A stretch of DNA of 64,000 bases from Paraspadella gotoi (lineage: Eukaryota; Animalia; Chaetognatha): NCBI GenBank assembly GCA_051294375.1, contig CM119268.1, positions 14,352,471 to 14,416,470 of the forward strand, given 5' to 3'. Positions 1-11,551 of this stretch are shown here, in pieces. The position numbers and the translations under genes are program-made. Each line of letters starts with the position of its first letter. Positions within the stretch are counted from its first letter, which is position 1. The notes below the pieces were generated by a model. It ran no database searches. It was not told the origin of the DNA and saw only the letters and a list, made by a program, of their open reading frames with translations.

Positions 1-517
1 AGAGATGCGGAAACTTCTGTAACTATGCCAACCGGTGTAGCTTCTTTTAGGGCTTCAGTTTTTAAATTGATTTCTTTAGACTTGAATTCGTCTCTAGTTT
101 TAGTGACAATAAAAAGTTTCTTCTTTTTACTTTCATCTTTTCAGTTTTTGGGTTAATTTTCTTCGTTTGGGAGAAAAAATGTTTTCTGAAAAAAAGTCAT
201 AAAGAGAATGAATGAATGAATATATTGGAAAAGTGCACATCGAAACTTTTAATAACATCTCGTTTAACGACTAGAATAAAAACCATGAAAGCATAAACTT
301 TTAAAAAAATTAGAATTAAATAAAAAAAGAAGTCAAAGAAAGATATAAGTATAAATGCAAAGAGCCGTTCGCTCTACATGTTCCCGCTGTTCGAAATCTA
401 ATAAAGAAAAACAATTTCGTTGCGAAAAAGGGAGAACGATTTCTTGGAAATGGAAATGTCGATATCACGAAACAATAAAAAAATATTCAGAAGTGAGAAG
501 AGAGAGAGAGAGAAGAG

Positions 518-579
<62 letters not shown>

Positions 580-676
580 GAGAGTCAGACGGCGAGAAGA
601 AATGAAAAAACTGTCAAACGAGGTCGGTTAATAAGGCCGTGAAGGAAAAAGGACGAAGTCAATAAACGAGGGGTCG
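1..676 (+). repeat. Direct duplication, copy A (partner 3718-4390)
   Basis: agagatgcgg...gaaggaaaaaggacgaagtcaata...ggggtcg aligns by eye with 3718-4390, with many 1-nt indels. The copy probably extends left of the window. Confidence 0.95.
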
Positions 677-699
677 ATTTGAAAAAAAAAAAAAAAAAG

Positions 700-766
<67 letters not shown>

Positions 767-844
767 AGAGGAGATAGAGAGAGAGGAGAGAGATGAGAGA
801 GAGAGTGAAGCGATTGGCGTTTTCTGTTTTCCCATGAAGATGTT

Positions 845-877
845 TGACCCTGGCCCGTCGGGGTCAGATCTGGGTCA
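845..877 (+). promoter_or_regulatory. Nuclear-receptor half-site cluster including a perfect DR5
   Basis: GGGTCA(861-866)-gatct-GGGTCA(872-877), plus an inverted half-site TGACCC at 845-850. Motif match only. Confidence 0.3.
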
Positions 878-886
878 AGGCTCAGC

Positions 887-900
887 TCACCAGGGGGCGG
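887..900 (+). promoter_or_regulatory. CTCF-like motif
   Basis: tCACCAGGGGGCGG against consensus CCASYAGRKGGCRS, one mismatch. A second, oppositely oriented match (minus-strand aCAtCAGGTGGCGC) lies at ~1337-1351. Confidence 0.3.
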
Positions 901-913
901 ATGAAATCGATGC
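891..913 (-). CDS. Candidate 23-nt micro-exon, (G)IDFIRPL
   Basis: Minus strand: ttttccgtctctgcctcgccctccAG | GCATCGATTTCATCCGCCCCCTG | GTgagc. Good acceptor and donor; no homology recognised. Confidence 0.3.
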
Positions 914-1806
914 CTGGAGGGCGAGGCAGAGACGGAAAAGTGAGGGGGCGTGAAGGATGAGAAGGGTCGGCGTTTAGCACGCGCGCGTATCCCGAAACGA
1001 GATGGCGTTTGCTTTCCAGACTTCAAAAAAAAAAAAAAAAAAAAAAAAGGAAAAAAAAAGCGGGACGGGCGACGTCGACGCTTGACGAGGTTACGTTTGA
1101 CGTCAAGACTTTTGACTAAATTATGACGGTAATTTCGAAGAGCGTCTCCCCGATTTTTGACGAGAGGCGACAAAAGGTGACGCTCGCGAATTCGACGCCG
1201 AATCTCGTCGTCGTCGGTGGCGTCGTCGTTCTCACAGTCGTCGTCGTAGTCCTGGTCGTCGTCGTCGTTTCTTCGATGGCAAAGACTTGCTAAAAATGAC
1301 AGCCGCATGCCGCTTTCGCCGGCGCCGCCGCCGTCGGCGCCACCTGATGTTTCCTAATGGCGCCCGTTAATTTTATTTCGCAAATATGGTGGCAACCATT
1401 TTCGATTTTTTTTATAGTTAAAAGTTAAANNNNNNNNNNNNNNNNNNNNNNNNNNNNNNNNNNNNNNNNNNNNNNNNNNNNNNNNNNNNNNNNNNNNNNN
1501 NNNNNNNNNNNNNNNNNNNNNNNNNNNNNNNNNNNNNNNNNNNNNNNNNNNNNNNNNNNNNNNNNNNNNNNNNNNNNNNNNNNNNNNNAAAAAAGAAAAG
1601 AAGGAAAAGAGTAAGGAAGTAAGTAAGTAAGACAAAATGCAAGGCAAGTAAAAAGGCAAGTCAAGGTAAGGTAAGGTAAGGTAAGTTACGGAGAGTCACC
1701 AGGAGGAAAGGATAATCAAGGCGAAAAGAAGAAAAAAAAAAGAATAAAAAAGAAAAGAAGGCGGAAAGAAGCAAAGGACTAAGGAGGCTTTGAAGAAATC
1801 GGGAGA

Positions 1807-1850
1807 GAAAATCGAGTTTCGATAATTTGGACGACGACGACGACGACGAA

Positions 1851-1893
<43 letters not shown>

Positions 1894-2200
1894 CCGTCGA
1901 CAATATTAGACTCGAAGACAACAATTATATTCCTTCAAAATCAGAACCAGTTTAATTCCGAGGAGAATAACAACAACGACAATCTCAAAAAAAGAACAAC
2001 AACCGGCCCGGCTTCTCACACTCGATATAAGTTATGACGCCGGAAAAAACAATGGGCTCAATCTTTCTTAGTTTGCGCCTCTCACTCTCTCTCTATCTTT
2101 GTTCTTTATCTCCCTCTCTCGCCGAAAATAACCGAAACCTCATAAAAAAGTGATGTAGCGTTTTTATTGGGAGGAAGGGAGAGAGAGAGAGAGAGAGAGA
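1807..2200 (+). repeat. Inverted duplication, arm 1 (partner ~2738-3147)
   Basis: Reverse complement matches 2738-3147 (e.g. cgctacatcactttttatga, gtgagaggcgcaaac, ccattgtttttccggcgtca, ggaattaaactggttc). Confidence 0.92.
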
Positions 2201-2383
2201 NNNNNNNNNNNNNNNNNNNNNNNNNTTTTTCCCAAAAACCTCTTTCTTTTTTTTTCCCTCCCCCCCCCCCCCCCAAAACCCGGGGGGGCCCCCCCTTTTT
2301 TTTCCTCCCGCCATCCAAGAGTCGGTTCCTCTCTTTATTTAGTTTTTCCGCTTCATTTTTCTTTTCTCCTCATTTTCTCCGCT

Positions 2384-2421
<38 letters not shown>

Positions 2422-2737
2422 CTCATCTCTCTCTCTCTCGTCTCTCTCTTCTCTCTCTCTCTCTCATTTTTTTTTTGGTCTTTTATTAATTCTTTTTTCT
2501 TTCTTTTCTCGTTTATTCTCTTTCATTCTCTCCTCTGCTCCTTTTCTCTCACGCTTGGGCTTTTCCGTATTTTTCTTTTCTTCCAACCTCCATTTCGACG
2601 AGACTTATGCTCATCGTCTGGGATATACCATCGTTTCTCTTCTCTCTCTCTTTTCTCATTCTCTCTCTCGTCTCCTCTTCTCTCTCTCTCTCTCATTCTC
2701 TCTTCTCTCGCTCTCCTCTCTCTCACTCTCTCTCTCG

Positions 2738-3147
2738 TCCCTTCCTCCTCAATAAAAAACGCTACATCACTTTTTTATGAAGGTTGTTCGGTTATTTTCG
2801 GAGCGAGGAGAGGGAGATAAAGAAAAAAGATAGAGATGGAGTGAGAGGCGCAAACTTAAAGAAAAAGACTTTGAGCTCTTCCATTGTTTTTTCCGGCGTC
2901 ATATAACTGCTATATCGAGTGTGTAGGAGGCCGGCGGTTGCATTAGTTCTTTTTTTGAGTTGTCGATTGTTGTTATTCTCCTCTGGAATTAAACTGGTTC
3001 GTGATTTTGAAGGAATAAATTGTTGTCTCGGAGTCTAAATATTGTCGCGCGTCGTCGTCGTCTCGTCGCCGTCGTCGGTCGTCGTCGTCTCATCGTCTCG
3101 TTCGTTGTTTTCGCGTCGTTCTGTCCGTCGAATTTAAGTCTCGATTT
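2738..3147 (-). repeat. Inverted duplication, arm 2 (indel-rich copy)
   Basis: Noisy reverse-complement copy of 1807-2200, downstream of the 25-N gap at 2201-2225. Confidence 0.9.
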
Positions 3148-3233
3148 CATGCTCGTCGTAAAAACGGAGAAAGGGAGAACCTACGAAGATGGCGCGACGT
3201 CGAGAGAGGTGCCTAACACTGGGCGGAGAGAGA

Positions 3234-3266
<33 letters not shown>

Positions 3267-3272
3267 GAGAGC

Positions 3273-3310
<38 letters not shown>

Positions 3311-3400
3311 CGAGAGAGAGAAAGAGAAATTGTTCTCTATACAAATAACAATCAGCAAGAAATAAAGAAGCAATACGAAAAGTAGGTTGGAGATACTTAC

Positions 3401-3548
3401 TCTCTCGCATTTAGTTTGAGAAGGGTTGGTGAGGAGGAAGAGGAAGAGGAGATGAGGAAGGAGGAAATCGATATAGCGCGCGTAGGGGACGCCTCGTCAC
3501 TCTCCAACTTCCGGTTTCGCTCGGTTTTCCACTCGCAGTCGCGCCCAT
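3401..3548 (-). other. Candidate first coding exon with signal-peptide-like segment (frame disrupted in this assembly)
   Basis: Kozak-like gtcGCCATGG (ATG at 3548) and consensus donor GTAAGT at 3400-3395. The frame ending at the donor reads YARYIDFLLPHLLFLFLLTNPSQTKCER but is out of frame with the ATG; the region is indel-prone. Confidence 0.25.
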
Positions 3549-3717
3549 GGCGACGGGCGACGGAGTTTTTTCCGCCGCTAGGCGGCATCGACGTTCGAGT
3601 GTCTTTATTCTGTTTAACTTCTGTGAGTTTTACTTCGATCGATGTTTTTCCTCCGATTTTCCTCGATGATTTTTTTTTTTATTCAGAATTGAATTACACT
3701 TTCGAGTCAGAGCGAAA

Positions 3718-4216
3718 AGAGATGCGGAACTCTGTACCTATGCCAACCGGTGAGCTTCTTTTAGGGCTTAGTTTTTAAATTGATTTCTTTAGACTTGAAA
3801 TTCGTCTCTAGTTTTTAGTGACAATAAAAAGTTTTTTCTTTTTACTTTTAATCTTTTCAGTTTTTTGGTTAATTTTCTTCGTTTTGGGACAAAAAAATGT
3901 TTTCTGAAAAAAAGTCATAAAGAGAATGAATGAATAATATATTGGAAAAGGTGCACAATCGAATACTTTTAATAAATCTCGTTAACGACTAGACAAAAAC
4001 CATGAAGCATACAACCTTTTTAAAAAATAGAATTAAATAAAAAAGCAGTCAATAGAAAGATATAAGTATAAAATGCAAAGAGCCGTTCGCTCTACCAAGT
4101 TCCCGCTGTTCCGAATCTAATAAGAAAACCAATTTTCGCTTGCGAAAAGGGTTAGAACGATTTCTTGGAAATGGAAATGTCGATATCACGAAACAATAAA
4201 AAAGTATTCAGAGTGA

Positions 4217-4259
<43 letters not shown>

Positions 4260-4390
4260 AGAGAGAAGAGAGGAGAGAGGAGAGAGAGAGAGAAGAGAAG
4301 TCAGACAGGCGACGAAGAAATGAAAAACTGTCAAACGAGGTCGGTTAAAAGGCCGTGAAGGAAAAAGGACGAAGTCAATAACAGGGGTCG
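3718..4390 (+). repeat. Direct duplication, copy B (partner 1-676)
   Basis: Same sequence as 1-676 with scattered indels; diverges after ggggtcg. Confidence 0.95.
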
Positions 4391-6043
4391 GAGGTTGAAA
4401 TCCCAAAGTTTTAGTCGAGGCGACAGAAGAGAAAATTGGAAAAAGGTCAAAGGTTAAACTTTGTATTTAGGGAGATGCTATTCGCCGTTATGAGAAGGAA
4501 GAGGAGGGGAAATAGAAGGATCGGGAAAAAAAGAAACACAAGAAAAGGTGGCAACGGTTGGAAGAAAGAAAGAAAAGAAAAAGAAGGAAAAAAAACGAAA
4601 ATGAAATGAGAAAAAATTGGAGGGCGAAGAAGATCGGAAGAAGGAAAAAAAAAAAGATGGCGACGACGGTGAAGATTGAAACGAAGAAATATAAAAGGTG
4701 AGAGGAAAGGAAGAGAAAAAGTCGCTATCGAATCGTGAATGACGGGTAAAGTATTGAGGCGACCCCGACGGGCCGAGGGTCAAAGTTCATAAAACGAGAG
4801 GAAGAACTCGGGAGGAAACGGCGGGGGGGTGGAGGAAGGGAAAAAAAGAGGAAAGGAGGAAAGGAGGCAGAAAAAAGGATGAGGAAAAAAAAAAGAGAAA
4901 GAAATATAATGGATTCGGGTATCAATAAACTAACTAAACTTTGTAATACTGAGTTCGTTAGTTTTTTCGAATATTGTATAGCGTTTACCATCGCTGATCG
5001 TTGAAGTCATGACGACCCAATGTTCAATGAAGCTTTGCTCCTCTCTGAAAATGAGAAATTGAATAGAAAGAAAAGAGAAAAGAAGGAATGAAAGGACAAA
5101 AAGAGGAAAAGAAAACAGAAAAAAAAACAAAAAAAAAAACTCGAATTAAGGCTAAGGCTGGAAAGAAAGCAGAAACTCTCAGTCTCTTTCAAACGGAAAA
5201 AAAAAAGAAAAGAAAAAGAAAAAGAAAGAAAACTCGCGGCATCTTCTCCGCCTGCCTTTAAACTTTCCTTCCATTAAAGGCGCGAAAAAAAATCGAAAGA
5301 GGGATAACCCGGCGCCATCGCGCTCGCGCGTGGAGACGCTACGACCCCGAACGCAGCGCCCCCTCAACGTCGAGCTTTCTTTCTCTCGTCACTCTCGCCC
5401 TCTCTTTGTTTCCAGAACGCGCCGGATTTCTGAACACACTGAAATCGGAGGAACAGGCCTCCTGAATCGTCACTCCCTTTAAAGAAACGCCGTTTCTCCT
5501 TGAATCGTTCGACTCACGAACTCGCGACGTGGAATTTAGTATTACTTGGAATTTAGTATTACTTGGAAGTCGACAAAGAATGTTCTAGAAATTTCCTCCT
5601 CTGTTGACATTTATAAGAAATATTTCCATAATATTATTTGAAAGATGCCACTTCTTGTGAACAGCCAAAAATTGTATTAAATTGAAATTTTTAGGGGAAC
5701 GAATAGAGAGAGAGAAGAGAGAGAAGAGAGGAGAGAGATAGAGAGAGAGACGATGAGACGAAGAGAAAGAGAGAGAGAGAGAAAGGGAGAAGAAGGAGGA
5801 GAGAAGAGAGATCGGGAGAAGAATTGAAGGGTCAAAGTTTGAGGAGCGAAAAGCCATTTAATTTGATAGAGCCGAGAGGCGACTGTGGGGAAAGAAGACT
5901 AGAAAAGGTAAGTTGGGGTGAGGTACTGAAGATATTTTCGCCCGCGATCAATTTATGGAACCGCGCAACGAAAGGTAAGTCACGAGAAACGACGAAAGAG
6001 TTATGCGCCAGAGGAAGAGGGATTTTTAATGGCGGGAAAGTAC

Positions 6044-6105
6044 TTAAGGAGGTTGACGATATCGTTCGGAGGCGGGAGGCAACGGCGTCGTTGGCAACGA
6101 GGCGG

Positions 6106-6136
<31 letters not shown>

Positions 6137-6197
6137 GTGGCTGCGAAGCCGATGAGGGTTAAGAGGATCGAGGAGGCGCGGAAGGCTCAGGTGAGGT
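6044..6197 (-). CDS. Candidate terminal exon with poly-Ala/Pro-rich peptide
   Basis: Long pyrimidine tract + taAG acceptor at 6199-6198. One frame reads PHLSLPRLLDPLNPHRLRSHAAAATAAAAAAASLPTTPLPPASERYRQPP*. (GCC)n tract; no family recognised. Confidence 0.25.
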
Positions 6198-6444
6198 CTT
6201 AGAGGAAAAAGGAGGAAAGAAAAATGAAATAAAAAAAAGAAATGAGATCAGATACTCAGGGAACTGAGGAAAGAGAAGAAAAAAGAAAAAAAAAAGAAAA
6301 AATAGAAAGAAAGTATGTAAGATGAAAGAACGTAAGCCTTTTAAAATGAGTCTTAAAAGTTAAAGCTTATATGCAAAAAGAATGGAGAAAAGACAAAAAA
6401 GGGAAAAGCCGATTCCCGCTCTGCGAAAACGAAGACGATAAAAC

Positions 6445-6554
<110 letters not shown>

Positions 6555-7384
6555 CAAACGTCGAAGTAAAAGCCAATCCCCGGAAAATTCAAGGGGACAA
6601 GCGAGGGCAACTTATAAAATGAGTCTAATCCCCCGCGTAGACAATGAGAGTGTCACGTGGCTAGTCACTACGGCTGTTACGTCGAGTGTCACGCCAGGCT
6701 TTTAGCATATACTGATGTGTTTTTTGGCAATGCCTAGAGTAGTATTTTATTTTCTAAATAAATGTTAAAGATAAGAGAAAAAAGAGGAAGTGGTAAAAAT
6801 ATTTAAAAGCTCGCAGATCTGGCAATGAAGCTTCTCAGAATAAGGACACGTTGGCCGAAGCAACTGAATAACAAAAGAGAAAAGGATAGAAAACAAGAGC
6901 CGGAAGTACAACACAGCGAAAACAACAACAACAACAACAGCGACATCTTGCGAAGGACTTTTCCCCTCTGGACTCGTGATGCAACTCGACGCGAAGAGAC
7001 GAGGGAATCGAGAACGAGGCTGAGAAGAAGATGGAGAGATGGAGGGAGGGGACTACGCCCCCTCTGTCGAAGACCTTAAAAGGTTTGGTTGATAGAGAGA
7101 NNNNNNNNNNNNNNNNNNNNNNNNNNNNNNNNNNNNNNNNNNNNNNNNNNNNNNNNNNNNNNNNNNNNNNNNNNNNNNNNNNNNNNNNNNNNNNNNNNNN
7201 NNNNNNNNNNNNNNNNNNNNNNNNNNNNNNNNNNNNNNNNNNNNNNNNNNNNNNNNNNNNNNNNNNNNNNNNNNNNNNNNNNNNNNNNNNNNNNNNNNNN
7301 NNNNNNNNNNNNNNNNNNNNNNNNNNNNNNNNNNNNNNNNNNNNNNNNNNNNNNNNNNNNNNNNNNNNNNNNNNNNNNNNNNNN

Positions 7385-7420
<36 letters not shown>

Positions 7421-7811
7421 CATTCGTTCTTTGTTTCTTGTGCAAGAGAAGATTCACTTACCCTAATTAAATCCATTCCACGTCGTTGCCATCTTTGATT
7501 TCGTTCTTTCATATATATATTCTTTCATATATTTACACGTTTCTTTAGTTGTACACTGTTTTCTGTAATTTAAGTATTTTATATTTTCCTAATTCTTTGA
7601 TTTTCCAAATAAATTTTGAATTTTCTTTTTTTTTTAACCAGATGTCCCTTTCAAAACATTATTCACATTCTCTTTCATTTCTTTGTTCTTTATTTTCATT
7701 CCCGTTTTTTTTTTTATTTCTTTTCCCCAACGCTTGTTTTCGTCGTCGCCAAAGTTGTTAACGAAAGCGGCGGCTTCTTTGTAAAGAGTCTTTCCACTTT
7801 CCTGGGAGGAC

Positions 7812-7930
<119 letters not shown>

Positions 7931-8286
7931 GGTCTGTTTTTTTCCTTCCAGTCTTTTTTTCTTATTTGTATTTCTTTTCTTAAATATCTTCCTCTTTCCT
8001 TTTTTTTTCTCCCCTTCTTTTTTCTCTCTCTTCGTACTTCTCACCCTATTCCTCCTCNNNNNNNNNNNNNNNNNNNNNNNNNNNNNNNNNNNNNNNNNNN
8101 NNNNNNNNNNNNNNNNNNNNNNNNNNNNNNNNNNNNNNNNNNNNNNNNNNNNNNNNNNNNNNNNNNNNNNNNNNNNNNNNNNNNNNNNNNNNNNNNNNNN
8201 NNNNNNNNNNNNNNNNNNNNNNNNNNNNNNNNNNNNNNNNNNNNNNNNNNNNNNNNNNNNNNNNNNNNNNNNNNNNNNNNNNNNNN

Positions 8287-8321
<35 letters not shown>

Positions 8322-8323
<2 letters not shown>

Positions 8324-8456
8324 AAAGGAAGACCTGAAAGGGAGGCGAGGTCCTTTGCTGTCTGCAGCCAGATTCCGATTTGGATTGAAGAAGGTGATTG
8401 AAGCTAAAAGGAACGAGTAGGGAAAGAATGAGGGTAAGGCGTTGGGATGGCTTCAT
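8322..8456 (-). CDS. Candidate short ORF or first exon, signal-peptide-like (44 aa)
   Basis: tCAAAATGaag start context; MKPSQRLTLILSLLVPFSFNHLLQSKSESGCRQQRTSPPFQVFL*. Basic N-terminus then hydrophobic core. No strong donor. Confidence 0.2.
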
Positions 8457-9226
8457 TTTGAAGGAAGCCAATCCTTGTGCCAGGTGAGGTCAAACTCGAG
8501 GGTGAGGAGACTCTTCCGTGACCCGCGGGTGAGTTTTTCTCCGAAACTCGAGTCGGAGGAAACGTTTGTTTTGGGAGGAGGAGTGAGGAAAAGGAAAAGG
8601 AAAAAGAAAAGGAAAAGGAAGAAAGTGCAAGAGAGAAAAAAGGGGAAAAATTGTTTACAGGATGGAAAGGTGAAATAAAGGAAAAGAAAAAAAAGGATTA
8701 AGGAAAGAACTAAGGAAGATTTGAAAAACCAGAAGACGAAGAGGCGGCTAAAGAAGGGCAAAAAGAAAAGAGACAAAGAAACTAAGGAAAAGAGAGAACT
8801 GATGTTGAGGAAAGGAAAAGACTTGAATCCGAGAGTCAAAGTGCAGAGAAAAGGAGGACGATTAGGTAAGGAACGAAGTCAGCGACGCTGACGGCGGAGA
8901 GAGTAAGTTAGAGAAGGTGAGTGAGCTAAGGGTCAACGATGACGAATTTGGCGAATGGGGAAACAATGACAGTTGGAAAAGGCGATTTATTGATTGATGA
9001 ATGATGAAAGGATATATTAGCGGTGATGTAAAGTTGAAAAGGAAATGATGGAGAGGGGAAAATAAAATTATTAGAGATCAAGATTCAAACTTTAATAAAT
9101 CTAGCGAGAACGCGGTCGAAGTTTTGAGAAAAATAGAAAACGTGAGTGAGTAGAAAAAAGTCGCCCACCCAACCTCGTTTGACTAAACCGCCATTTGCAG
9201 GATTTCGTGCGTCTTTCCTTGCACGC

Positions 9227-9281
<55 letters not shown>

Positions 9282-9811
9282 GTGGGCGAGTGTTTGGCGC
9301 GTGAAACTCGCCGTTTCGCCATCGGCGTCTTTCGCCCGCCACCTGGGACGAGAACAAATAGTCGTAAAGAGCAAAATAAACTCAAAATGAGATTTCTACC
9401 CTTTCCTTTTTTTCCCTTGCTTTTTACTTTCCTTTTTTCTTCTTTTCCTCTCCTTTCCTTTTCTTTCCTTCTCCCAGTTCCCCACAGTCGTTTTCACCTC
9501 TTTTCCTCTTAACGCTTCACGCGTTGCCCAGGCGTTTTAGACTTTCTTTTCGAAACCGTTTTTCCTCCACTAACGCGCGGTCTCTCTCTCTTTCTCTCTC
9601 TCTCTNNNNNNNNNNNNNNNNNNNNNNNNNNNNNNNNNNNNNNNNNNNNNNNNNNNNNNNNNNNNNNNNNNNNNNNNNNNNNNNNNNNNNNNNNNNNNNN
9701 NNNNNNNNNNNNNNNNNNNNNTCGCACTGAATCGAGGCCTCGATCTCCTTTTAATTGAGCCGATTGGGATTTTTTCCTCGAGCTGGAAAGAGTAAACCGA
9801 GTTGAGTTTCA

Positions 9812-9900
9812 GGCGCTACTCACGGAGCGGAGCGAGAAGCGAAGCGCGGAGCGTGCTGCGTGCTGCGGAGCAGAAAGCGGAGCAGCGGCGTCAGTAGCGG
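9812..9900. mobile_element. Small MITE-like element
   Basis: Inverted repeats cgctactcacg (9814-9824) and cgtcagtagcg (9889-9899), 10/11 match, enclosing GC-rich gcggagc reiterations. Confidence 0.4.
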
Positions 9901-10443
9901 TACAAGGGGCATTGGTTAACGTCGATACCGCTCAAAGACCGTTGCCTTGTTTTTTGCTTTTTTTAACAGACTTTGTTTAGTTATGAGGCACAGTAGCTGC
10001 TGGACAATAAAAGGTAAAATACGAATAATTAATTAAAATTGAAATAAAGTATGACACAATCTCAAATTGGTGCTTTGTTTTTGACCTTCGATTGTACAAA
10101 TAGTTTTCGACTTGAGCCTTCTGATNNNNNNNNNNNNNNNNNNNNNNNNNNNNNNNNNNNNNNNNNNNNNNNNNNNNNNNNNNNNNNNNNNNNNNNNNNN
10201 NNNNNNNNNNNNNNNNNNNNNNNNNNNNNNNNNNNNNNNNNNNNNNNNNNNNNNNNNNNNNNNNNNNNNNNNNNNNNNNNNNNNNNNNNNNNNNNNNNNN
10301 NNNNNNNNNNNNNNNNNNNNNNNNNNNNNNNNNNNNNNNNNNNNNNNNNNNNNNNNNNNNNNNNNNNNNNNNNNNNNNNNNNNNNNNNNNNNNNNNNNNN
10401 NNNNNNNNNNNNNNNNNNNNNNNNNNNNNNNNNNNNNNNNNNN

Positions 10444-10474
<31 letters not shown>

Positions 10475-10535
10475 CAGATAGACCAAAAGAAAGAAAGAAA
10501 GAATTAAAGAAAAAATGAAAGAAAAAAAGAAAGAG

Positions 10536-10602
<67 letters not shown>
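10444..10602 (+). repeat. (AAAG)n tetranucleotide microsatellite
   Basis: Direct reading. Others at ~15463-15558, ~18178-18259 and ~62340-62473. Confidence 0.97.
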
Positions 10603-10614
10603 CAGCAATGCTCT

Positions 10615-10870
10615 CGGGGGTGCGTGCGTTTTAACGCGTGCGCGACATGTCGGTCGCGTGTTCATTTATCCCCAGACACAAAAATATGGCGCCGCGCGTC
10701 GAGTCTTCGATCGAGAGGCTCTGATTGGCCCTTACGAGGGCTTCCTATTGGTCGGTTGCGGTTCGAACCCGGGTTGGTCCATAGAGACCCCGCCCCGTAG
10801 ACGTCGCCCGCCCTGAATTCTCAAAGGCGACGTCGGCGGTCGAACTCTCAAACGCCGCGCGCCAACGTCA
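10615..10870. promoter_or_regulatory. CpG-rich promoter-like segment
   Basis: YY1-like aatATGGCG (10683-10691), two reverse CCAAT boxes (ATTGG at 10724 and 10747), dense CGCG, followed by a GA tract. Confidence 0.35.
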
Positions 10871-10934
10871 ACGAAGATTCTCCGCTTTTTCGTGATAAAT
10901 CGAAGAACGATGGAGTGGCGAGAGAGAGCGAGAT

Positions 10935-11027
<93 letters not shown>

Positions 11028-11448
11028 CTGAGCCTGAAGGAAGTGGCCGTGTGAGTAAAAGTGAGACAGAGAGAGAGATACTTGACTTTTGTTCTATCGT
11101 CGAGAAAAACGAGTAGGAGTTTCCAGAAAAGAAAAGAAAAACATATATTGGTTGTACCAATTTCATAAACAAAAAAAGAAGAAAAAAAGAAACAAAGAAA
11201 AAAAGACTCACGGACAGAATTCGGGAAGAAAATTTGAGTGATGTCATTTGTGAAGCAAGTGAATCTCATCCAGTTTTGTGAATGGTGATTGTTTATCGAA
11301 GCCAAAAAAACTGAAAAGAGAGAAAAAAATTGAGAGAAAAAAGAGGATTTATCATGGAAACTCTAAAACGGCTTATCACGAATTCGCTCTCCTCGCTTTG
11401 GTCTCTGGTCTCCCAGCAGCGACGTGTTATCTCCGTTTTTCCACTCAA

Positions 11449-11551
<103 letters not shown>

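Noticed and set aside
5531-5570. Short direct repeats (17-mer x2 here; also ~18716-18760, ~20526-20563, ~21778-21808) considered as CRISPR-like
   Set aside because: Head-to-tail duplications without spacers, in a eukaryotic context with no cas genes.
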